Assembly: GCA_944363565.1 (NCBI GenBank)
Contig: CALVUI010000001.1
Span: 494,350-558,349, forward strand
Length of the DNA: 64,000 nt
From: an uncultured Bacilli bacterium
GTDB lineage: Bacteria > Bacillota_I > Bacilli_A > RFN20 > CAG-826
Direction of reading: 5' to 3'
Part shown: piece after piece, positions 43,746-52,700 of the stretch
Layout: each line of letters begins with the position of its first letter
Numbering within the stretch: the first letter of the stretch is position 1
Notes under the pieces: generated by a model
What the model saw: the letters and a program-made list of their open reading frames with translations, nothing else
Told to the model about the DNA's origin: nothing
The model's database searches: none
Position numbers and translations under genes: made by a program

Positions 43746-45536
43746 ATGGACCAGCCACAAACGCTCGGGAATAGAATCAGAAAGATCCGAACCGAGGCCG
43801 GCCTCACCCAAAAAGAAGTGGCCGCAGCCGTCGGCGTGACCGAGCAAGCCATCAGCAAATGGGAAGCCGACCTCGGCCGCCCCTCACTGCTAAAAAGCCC
43901 CGCCCTCGCCAAGGCCCTCGGCGTGAGCCTCGACTGTCTTTTAACCGGAAAAAAGAAAGCGGGCCCCTGCCCGATGTCGACTTATGAGTACGCCTGCTAC
44001 AGCAACGACGCTTCAGTCATCAAAAACATCTCCTTCTACAAAGAGGACGAGTTCGGGAAAACCCTTCTCGACTACATCATCGAATACGACGCCTTGGAAG
44101 TCTTCGAACATCTCTTATCGGCCTATACACCCTCATTCCCCTCATCAAGGCGGTATCAACCCTTGGACCAACGAATCCTGGAATTGCTTTTCAGGACCCA
44201 AACCATCAAGAAAGTCTATAAGTTCAATTGCCGCGACATGGGGACTTGGACCCTCTCGTCCTATCCCAAAGGTGACGAAGGCGGAGGGCGAAACGCGGTC
44301 TTGGAAAAGTTGATGCAACCGATGTACTTCCCGGCCAAAAACTTCACCTGGCTTTTGACGGCCCACGCCCGGGACTTCGTGGACTCCGAAGGGAAAACCG
44401 TGCCCTTCAACTACGAGTACGCCACCTACCAAACAATGTATCCCCTCTACGCCCAAGCCGCGATGTATGCCAGAAACGAGGAGATGGCCGAACTGATCAT
44501 CAAAACCATCGAAGATGTAAACGCCCAAGCCAAGGAAGAAGCCAAACGGAGCGAAAACTTGCTTCTCACGACCGAGATCCGTTACAAGCATGACCGTTAC
44601 ATAAGTGGTGCGGGGTATCCGTATTATTCTTATATCAGATGCATCGGCATCCCAAAAAACGTCTACGAGGCCGCGATCGCCAATGGCTACCCAGCTTTCG
44701 CCAGACGCCTCGACGCCATCAACAAAGCGGTCGGCAAAGAAGGCTTTGACCTCCGGGAAGCCGAACTCCTCGAGATGAGAAAGGATGGGAAAAACAGTGA
44801 GGACGAGATCCTCCTAGCTTCTTACACCCGGGACGGGATCTTCGAGATCAAAAGGTTCATGGACGATAAGAAAGGTACCAAGGCCTTGCTCGAAAAAGCC
44901 CTGAAACTCCCCCTATTGAGGTTCGAGAAATTCTCCTCGTTATTGAAGAACCGGAACTACCGGAAGGCCTTCGAAATGACGGTCGATGATGAGTTCCCGA
45001 CCCGGCACAATATGATCAAGGGAAAGACCGGGCCGTCCGTCCTCCTCTCCTTCATGGATTACGCAAAGGAAAAACCAAGTCCAGTCGAGAAGACGAACCT
45101 CGATTACATCAAATCCGTCCTCGGGAGGCAGCCTTACGCAAACGTAAAGGAAATGCTTTCCCTCTTCCGGACGGAAATCCTCAAGAAGGCGAAGATCGAA
45201 GAAGACACGAAGGAAGCCATCAAAGACTTCTCGAGCGAAGCCTTGACGCGGGAACTGGAAAAAGGCCGATACCGCCACTTGGCGGCCGACCTCATCACCA
45301 AGCTCGAATTCCTCCTGAGGGCCAAGGCCGAGATCGAAGGCCAGGAAGACGAAGAGTTCGACCTCGTGCAAGCCATCGACAAATACTGCGGCCCCGGGGA
45401 GCAAGAGCTACTGCACAAGATCAGGACCTACCGCAACCAAAAAGTCCATTTACTCCAAAAACCATCCATCAACATCAACGAAGACGATTTCAAGGAGGCC
45501 ATCCGAATCGTCGCCAAACTGGCAAAGGAAAACTGA
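43746..45536 (+). CDS. XRE-HTH protein with large helical middle region and C-terminal HEPN-like (Rx4H) motif
   Basis: Start trimmed to ATG 43746 after AAAAAGGAGGA. HTH IRKIRTEAGLTQKEVAAAVGVTEQAISKWE. C-terminal LLHKIRTYRNQKVHLL contains R-x4-H. Confidence 0.8.
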   Translation: MDQPQTLGNRIRKIRTEAGLTQKEVAAAVGVTEQAISKWEADLGRPSLLKSPALAKALGVSLDCLLTGKKKAGPCPMSTYEYACYSNDASVIKNISFYKEDEFGKTLLDYIIEYDALEVFEHLLSAYTPSFPSSRRYQPLDQRILELLFRTQTIKKVYKFNCRDMGTWTLSSYPKGDEGGGRNAVLEKLMQPMYFPAKNFTWLLTAHARDFVDSEGKTVPFNYEYATYQTMYPLYAQAAMYARNEEMAELIIKTIEDVNAQAKEEAKRSENLLLTTEIRYKHDRYISGAGYPYYSYIRCIGIPKNVYEAAIANGYPAFARRLDAINKAVGKEGFDLREAELLEMRKDGKNSEDEILLASYTRDGIFEIKRFMDDKKGTKALLEKALKLPLLRFEKFSSLLKNRNYRKAFEMTVDDEFPTRHNMIKGKTGPSVLLSFMDYAKEKPSPVEKTNLDYIKSVLGRQPYANVKEMLSLFRTEILKKAKIEEDTKEAIKDFSSEALTRELEKGRYRHLAADLITKLEFLLRAKAEIEGQEDEEFDLVQAIDKYCGPGEQELLHKIRTYRNQKVHLLQKPSININEDDFKEAIRIVAKLAKEN

Positions 45537-45537
45537 A

Positions 45538-46299
45538 ATGAACAAGTACCAGAAGAGCCTATTCCACCTGAATGTTTATTGCGCCAAGGCCAAAAATCAA
45601 CTGAACTACATCAATACCGAGGACGATTACGTGCAGCTAACACAAAACCCGGATCTCTCGATCGACGATTACCAAATCGACTTAATCACCGGTGTTGAGG
45701 GAACCACCGTCGCCAACCTCGAATGGGTCATCGACGGAAAGAAACTCCGGGCCGAACCAATCATGGAAACATTGTCCTATATGAGGGGAATCCGCGCCCA
45801 CTGCCTCTCGCCCGTCTTTTCCTTCCGGGACGAAAAGAAACGACCGAGCGCCGTCATCCTCTACGCCATCAACGACCTGACCGAACCCCTTACCGTCTCC
45901 TTCAAATACGTCAACGGGAACGACGAAGCCTATGCTAAAAAAGTAGCGGAGGAAAAGAAACGGAGGGACAAAGAAGCCATCGGCCTCTTCGTCAAAACCG
46001 GACAGGACGTCATCAATGTCTTCTTCAAATTAGCTTCCGAGGAAGTCACGGAGTCCATCGTCAAGGTCGAAGCCGTCATCCAAATGGGCCATAACCTCTA
46101 CCAGAACTTCCCGGTAGAAGAAAATAGGCTTAAAAGCGCGGTGACCTTTGCCTCTTACAAAGACCTGGCCTATGGGAATTACCTCATCACCGTCAAACAG
46201 CTTTCCAAGGACGGAAAGACCGTCGCCGAAACCAGCATAACTACTAAAATCGAGCCTGAGCACCACGGTCCGGTAAGACCTTGCAACATCATCGGCTGA
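45538..46299 (+). CDS. Hypothetical protein, tightly coupled to the HTH-HEPN-like gene
   Basis: 253-aa ORF starting 1 nt after the upstream stop. No recognisable motif. Confidence 0.65.
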   Translation: MNKYQKSLFHLNVYCAKAKNQLNYINTEDDYVQLTQNPDLSIDDYQIDLITGVEGTTVANLEWVIDGKKLRAEPIMETLSYMRGIRAHCLSPVFSFRDEKKRPSAVILYAINDLTEPLTVSFKYVNGNDEAYAKKVAEEKKRRDKEAIGLFVKTGQDVINVFFKLASEEVTESIVKVEAVIQMGHNLYQNFPVEENRLKSAVTFASYKDLAYGNYLITVKQLSKDGKTVAETSITTKIEPEHHGPVRPCNIIG

Positions 46300-46378
46300 G
46301 GAAAAGCCCGGCAAAAGGTCTTCATCATCCAAGATAGAGCCAAATAGCACTCCGAAGACAACGTTCAGACGGAGGCAG

Positions 46379-46404
46379 GGAGGGCCCTTGGGCCCTCCTT
46401 TTTG
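46379..46404 (+). terminator. Intrinsic terminator
   Basis: GGAGGGCCC..GGGCCCTCC stem (46379-46398) followed by TTTTT. Confidence 0.75.
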
Positions 46405-46956
46405 GTTTGCATCCTTCGAAGGGCGGTCATCTTTAATGGTGGTAACCCGGGGACGAAGAAGTCGCTTCTGAATGGGTAGATCGGATGGGCCGTACAGACA
46501 ATCGGGCCTTTACGAAGTGAATATTGTGTCCTTCAGCTTTTCAAAGATCTTGACGTCGTCGAGGTCGTTTTCTTCCCCGGTCTTGCATTCAATAAGAGAC
46601 AATCTAGGGTCGCATCAGATCACTAAATCTGTCTCTCTACCGTCTTGAAATCTTCGGTCTAATTACAAAATTGAGTTTAGGGAATTGAAATTCCTTTTTA
46701 CGAAAGTACATATTCAAAATCCCTTAACTAAATCAATGCGTAAACTACCCCTACCTCTATTACTAGAGAGGTGCCTTTCTCCAGTTATGAGAATTCGAAT
46801 CAAAATTCCGGGAATATACCCAATGAAAGAAAAATGTCTGCCCCCTATTCGGAGTAGCAGACATCAATGCCTTTGTGCCTCCCAACTACGCTTTTGATAC
46901 AATGCACCCCCTAAGGATTTTACACAGCGTAAAAACAGGGCCTAAATAATCAGATT

Positions 46957-47608
46957 TTATCGATATTTTCCGAAGTATTTCTCTTCGCCAGCCTTTCTGG
47001 CATTGATGGCTTCCCTTTTTGTCTTAAACCTTCCCAGCAAGTGCATCTTTCGCTGGAACATCAGCTGGGCTACCCATAGTCCTCGCTGCCTATCGAAATA
47101 GACTCCTCTGACGCCCGACGTGTTGTTACTGTTGAGCTTCCTGTCGGCCTGAATTCCACACTTCATCGTACCATCAACCAGTCCCCTATCAAGGTTTTGG
47201 AGGTTTGCCCTATTCTCATCGTTCTTGCAGCCACAGAAATGGTCTCTCCAGTGGTAAGCTGTGAAGTAGAAACATAGCAGATATTTCCACACTCACATTG
47301 ACACTTCCAATAGTTCTTTCTGTTCTTGGTATAGGCAAACTCAAGGACGTTCAACCTACCGATCTTCTGACCCGTGAGATCTCTTCTCCTAAATCTCCTG
47401 CAGCCACAGGATTTGACGTGTCCGGTATGGAGCTTGTTAATGTTTACCTCTACTATCTTTCCGAAAACGCAACGGCACTTGTAAATCTTGGTGGAATGGT
47501 ATTTCCTTCAGGTGTCCTTGAAAAGGTCAATTATCCATATTTCTTTCCAATTTTATTGTTCATTAATGTATTGCATCCACCGGTTATAAACATTGCCGAT
47601 GACTTCAT
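46957..47608 (-). pseudogene. Decayed phage-type DNA-binding protein (two W.C.C.CG...SCGC modules + AP2-like domain) with frameshifts and a stop
   Basis: ORFs 47163..47354 and 46957..47292 join only by a 1-nt shift at ~47230 (LTTGETIS / CGCKNDEN). An upstream module YKCRCVFGKIVEVNINKLHTGHVKSCGC follows an in-frame TGA. A further shift separates the MNNKIGKKYG start (47563). AP2-like GVRGVYFDRQRGLWVAQLMFQRKMHLLGRFKTKREAINA. Confidence 0.65.
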
Positions 47609-47748
47609 TGAATAATTTGAAAGAGCACTTGGATTGTCTTCTCAGCATGCACGTTCGAACAGAAAAAAATATTCCGAAAAAGAGAGGCAAGACGTTTTGT
47701 GCTTAAAGTGCATCAAAAATGGTTTTGTCGTTTCTTTAAGTCAATTAG

Positions 47749-48036
47749 TTAAGACCGCCATAGATTCCCGTGCGCGTAAACCTCGAGGTTTCTCATGGAC
47801 AGCTTTTCGTCCTCGCCATCGCTGCGCCTCTCGTAGACCTCGCCATCGACTGAGTAGTATTTGGTCGAATTATCGGATATCGAAATATAAAGGTTGCGCT
47901 TAGGGGCACAGCCCCGGTTTGCCTTGAGATCGTTGTTGTTGATGATTTCTAGATAGCCATAGTCAGAATCATAGTAAGGCAAGAACAGGTTGAAAACTTC
48001 CAAGTCAGCCTCGACATGGATATTGATGTTGAGCAC
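47749..48036 (-). CDS. Small hypothetical protein at the distal end of the giant-protein operon
   Basis: 95-aa ORF with GTG start. The frame is open back into the 3' end of the upstream gene. No motif. Confidence 0.4.
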   Translation of the reverse strand: MLNINIHVEADLEVFNLFLPYYDSDYGYLEIINNNDLKANRGCAPKRNLYISISDNSTKYYSVDGEVYERRSDGEDEKLSMRNLEVYAHGNLWRS

Positions 48037-48112
48037 GGTGCCCTCTTCGAAGTAGGAAGGGCATGCTATGGCGAAATTGATGTCGAAGCGGCGGCGCTCA
48101 TGATATGACGAT

Positions 48113-48898
48113 TCAACTTGAATAAAGGTTTAATCGAGCATGTTGCTTTTTATAGTAGTCGTTTTTCTTCATGATGCCTTTGATCATCGTGCAATCAACG
48201 CCATTGTCCTCAAACTGCTTCTGCAACGCGGAAATATCCTTTGGCAAACAATGTCCACCATAACCTCTATTGTCGGGATAGACGAAGGTATGGCTCTTGC
48301 CTATGCGAGGATCGGCCACCCAAATTTCCCTTGCTTGCTCATAATCAACTCCAAGCTTTTCGCAAAGGTCATATATCTCATTCACAAAGGTTACTTTTGC
48401 GGCGAAAAACGAGTTCTCCATGTATTTTGCCATCTCCGCTTCGGACTCCCCAACCTGATGGATTTCAACATTAGAAGTCATGACGGTTTGATAAGCCTGC
48501 ACCGCTAAGGCAACGTCTTTGGCCGAGCCTCCAAAAGACAGCCATTGCCTTGTGGACAAATCCGCGAATGGGTGCGCTACAGTCTCGCCGTAATATTCCG
48601 GCTGGAAGACGATTCTTTTGTTATATTTATCCTTCATCGCCTTGGTGAAGCCGACCCATACTGTCGAACGGATGACCATCAGTCTGGCTTTGCACCAAGA
48701 GATGACCTCTTCCACGGCCGAGGCGTCGCATGAGCCATCCTCCGCCATCGGGGTTGGCACGCAAATGAAAGCCACATCGCACTGATTGATTTCCTCTTTC
48801 GTGCCTTCGTTCTTGTAAGGGTCATAAACACAGGCGGACTTGAATAGATTCTCCATCGCCCCACCGACGTGTCCGTCGCCGATAATTCCGATTTTCAT
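48113..48898 (-). CDS. Short UDP-glucose/GDP-mannose-dehydrogenase-family protein (NAD-binding + central domains only)
   Basis: 261 aa. Rossmann MKIGIIGDGHVGGAM. Catalytic-Cys motif GGHCLPKD. Lacks the usual C-terminal UDP-binding domain. 4-nt overlap with the upstream gene. Confidence 0.8.
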   Translation of the reverse strand: MKIGIIGDGHVGGAMENLFKSACVYDPYKNEGTKEEINQCDVAFICVPTPMAEDGSCDASAVEEVISWCKARLMVIRSTVWVGFTKAMKDKYNKRIVFQPEYYGETVAHPFADLSTRQWLSFGGSAKDVALAVQAYQTVMTSNVEIHQVGESEAEMAKYMENSFFAAKVTFVNEIYDLCEKLGVDYEQAREIWVADPRIGKSHTFVYPDNRGYGGHCLPKDISALQKQFEDNGVDCTMIKGIMKKNDYYKKQHARLNLYSS

Positions 48899-49758
48899 AA
48901 ATTGCCTCCTTGGATTTTGCCAATATCAATCTCTGATTCATAACTTGCCGTAATGCTTTTCTCAAATGAGAAATAAGGCATCGGGCGATTGTGATGGCGG
49001 TCGCTGCCAATCGTCTCAAATAGGCCATACTGCTTTGCCAATGCCCTCAATAGATCCACGCCTCCGGCCTCAAAATTGGATGAATGGAAGCACTCCAGGC
49101 CATCAAGACCATAAGCAACGAGTTTTGTGAGAATTGCTTTCACGTCATCTTCGTTGAATTTGTAATGATGCTCCCCGCGGAATGGATGAGCCCAAGTCGC
49201 GAAGCCGCCCGCTTTATGTATCAAATCGATTGTTTCCTTTGGGCCAAGGCAATGCAATGCGAAGCCATCACTGATCTCGGGGCTCCTGAAGAATTCCTTG
49301 GCAGCCCCGACATCGATGAAATGGCCTTTCTCAACCAAGCAAGCAATGAGCCTTTGCTTTGTAAGGCCGCTTAGTGAGAGGTCGTTGAAGCGCTTGGCGA
49401 TATATTCGCCCCTCGCCCTTTTTATTTTGGCGTTCTCGGAGCCGTTTTTGACATCCTGCATAACGGATTCGATTAAGTCGCCATCTTTATATGCATGAGC
49501 CAGGATGTGGATCTTCGCGCCTTTGGGAAATCCAAGCCCCTCTTCCGCCAAACTCGCTCCAAGTTCAGCGCCTTTGATGTAAGCAAAGCCCATGGCCACC
49601 GCCTTTTTTTCGAAGAGGTCTTCGTCTTTTGTGGTGTCGTGATTCGTGATAGAGAGGGTTCTGATGCCGCCTTCTTTGGCTCTAAGCAGCAACTCGTCGA
49701 TGGATTGGGTAGCGCAGGTCGAGTAAGGCGCGCAATGACAATGTAAATCGATGTTCAT
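48895..49758 (-). CDS. PHP-domain metal-dependent phosphoesterase
   Basis: 287 aa. MNIDLHCHCAPYS (PHP His motif), ITNHDT and WAHP motifs. 4-nt overlap with the giant gene. Confidence 0.8.
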   Translation of the reverse strand: MNIDLHCHCAPYSTCATQSIDELLLRAKEGGIRTLSITNHDTTKDEDLFEKKAVAMGFAYIKGAELGASLAEEGLGFPKGAKIHILAHAYKDGDLIESVMQDVKNGSENAKIKRARGEYIAKRFNDLSLSGLTKQRLIACLVEKGHFIDVGAAKEFFRSPEISDGFALHCLGPKETIDLIHKAGGFATWAHPFRGEHHYKFNEDDVKAILTKLVAYGLDGLECFHSSNFEAGGVDLLRALAKQYGLFETIGSDRHHNRPMPYFSFEKSITASYESEIDIGKIQGGNL

Positions 49759-52700
49759 TTCTTTTTCCTCTTTATTCCTTGGTATTCCTTCGTGTAGCGT
49801 TCTCTGTATGCTTTGATAACCGCCAAGGCTTCGTCGACCGTCCTCGCGCCGAAGACCTTATCTTCCGGAATGTCTTTATAGCGTTTGCGGTCGTCGATTC
49901 TCGTATTGGCGACTTTACCGCTCCAGCCACTGACGCCTTCGAAGGCAATGATGAGCTTGTAGGTTTCCCAGGCAACGGCGATTTCCTCCAGCGTTCCGCT
50001 GCCACCGCCAATGGCGATGACGGCAGAGGCATCCACGACAAGCTCCGCTCGTTTATGGTCCATTCCCGTAGCGACTTTAAGATCGCCATAGATGTTCCCT
50101 TCGCTTTCATCGCTACCAGGAAGGATCGAGATGGTATCCCCAAACTCGTATTCTTTGGCGTCATGGGCGCCTCTTGAAGAGGCTTCCATCACGCCGTCCA
50201 TCCCGCCGTTTTGGAGGCGATACCCGTTTTCGATCAGAGCTTTGCCCATCTCGCGGGCTATCTTGTATCTAGGATCGTCTTCCTTTATTCCGGCATCGCC
50301 GATGATGGCGACAATCGGTTTCTTTGACATTGCCTTCGCTTTTTCTAGGAGCATCGCTTTAACCTTTCCTTTCTTGTTGATTTCATATTGTTTAGTCCTC
50401 GTTTTGTTTTCCTCGGACGGATCAAAGAAATAGATGACCTCGTCAATGAATTTAGGGTGCCTGGCCGCCTCAACCATCGGCAGCATCATCGCATAGTCAG
50501 TAGCCACTTCAATGTAGCCGCCTTGCGGATCCTTTAGGTTGTTTCCGATATAGCCCGCAAGATATCTCCTAAAGCATTTGGGATGGCACCAGATGTTGTC
50601 TCCGCCCCTATCCCACGCCGAGCGGAACGATTCAAGCGCATATCTCCTCAAAGGCTTATCAAACCTCAGGCAATTGCCGACGGTGAGATCCGCCCCTTCG
50701 TCAAAACTATTCTTTATTGTGGGCAATGCGCTTTCCCCAATCAAAGCGTCATCCCCATCCACGTTCACGATGATTGCATTGGGGTTAATAGCCATCGAAA
50801 GCATTCTCTCGAAATTAGCCAAAGAAGACACCCTGCGCGCATTGGAAACGAGCGTAGACTTTCCTTTGAGCACTGGGTCGTAAGTCAATTTCATCCGAAG
50901 ATATTCGGCGTTTTTGCTCGCTGAGAAATCATCAAAATAAATGAAATGGAAACCTTCGTTTTGGGCTGAAATCGAATCGAGAAGACGCTTGGACCTCTCC
51001 AGCTCAACGTTCCGGCCGCGAGAGAAAACAATCAGGCCGTCTTCGATCTGAGGAAGCCAATCCTTTTCTTCCCCCACGACATCCACAGAGCTATATTGCG
51101 CAGCCGGGATCTTCTTTGCGTTCAGCACCGCGGATATGAGGTTCGGGTTTTTCTTCGTGCCATTTGGGAAATGGACGAAGCCAAAGCCCTTGTGATGAAA
51201 TCGAATGCTTTTATTGGTATCAATAGCGGCATCCAGAGTTCGATGCCATGGCAAGGCGAACTTCCCATCCTTGATTGGGTTTTGAATCGGGAGACGGCTT
51301 TCCAAAGTTTCGAGGTCTATGAAGCAAGAACGCACCTCAACCCGTTTTCCAAATTCCGTTTTGCCTTCATCCAGATGAAGAACGCTAGCCGTTCCGACGA
51401 TCGCCTGGGATTTGCTAAAACGCGCAAACTCTTCGTAGAATTCATCGTGATCGTTTCCAAAATAGGCGATATCCACGTCGGTTTGGAAGACGTAGCGCGT
51501 CTTAATCGCGTCAAAGCCTTTAAGTGTAGTCAGCAATTGCTGCCCGTTCTCGGCATAGGCTTCCGTGCAGCTCTTTCCAAAGTATTTGCGGTAAGTCTCG
51601 AATCCCTCGGCGTTATCGCAAGATACAATCCGATCGATGAGCCCTTCCTTGCTCAATGACTCCAAACGGCTTTTAAGCGCAGCTTCGTCATCTTCTTGGT
51701 AAGCCCGGTTGCGATTCGTCCTCTTCCCGTCCACCACAACAATTCGCTCGGCGAAGCAGGCTCCGTTTTCGAGTTTGAGTATCATCGAACGTATAAAAGG
51801 ATCAACGACCTCATGATCCATCGCACAGCATTTTATTAGGAGCGAGCAGTCCGAAAGCACGTGCGCTTCTTTCTTCTTCAAATCGAATATCAGGTGTTCA
51901 CCAATTGAATTGAGGCTATCAACATCCACGCCATCGTCTTCTTGAACGGACACAATCTCAAAGCCATTTCGGCGGAAGAGGTTTTCGTAAAACCCGAAGC
52001 TCTTGTGATAATCCTTATGGATACCTAAAGGCGTTGCCTTGCCATAAAGGGCCTCGGACTCATATTGGCCAGAATAACCGCTTTGGCGCGTCTCGGTGCG
52101 CTGGACGTCATCGAAGAACATATCGCACACGCTGATGATGGCATGCCCATCTTCGTGCAGGAGACGGTGGATGTTTCTGACGATTTTTTCATCCCACGCA
52201 GAATCCGTCGCACAAAGGACGAGATTGCAGGTAATCAAATCGTAAGTAGCATGCTCCTCTTCGATGTTTTCTATGATTCTGACGTCATGATTCGCCCTAG
52301 ATCTCACAATCGACGAGTCGATATCGAATGCCGCCTTTGTTTTGGCGTGGGCGACATTGATGATTTTGCATTTCCCCGCCCCGTAATCGAGGAGGCTGTC
52401 AGGATGGTATTCAGCAATCCGCTTAAGCACATAGCCATCATGAATGCTTTCCTTGGAACGGATCTCGATTAGTTTTTTGAAGTTTTCGATGCCAAAGCAA
52501 AGTGGGCCGTCTTCCCCAAGATGCGACATGGCCACCACTTTCTTGTATTCGGGGACGGTGAGGTTCGGGTAACGGATCATCTCATATGCCCGCTTGACCT
52601 CTGCTTCGTAGTTTGCATCCGTCAAAGGCACGATGTCCTTGCCATAATCTACAAATCGAAGCGCCCCATTGACGATAAGGAAGTTGTCGCGCTTGATGTT

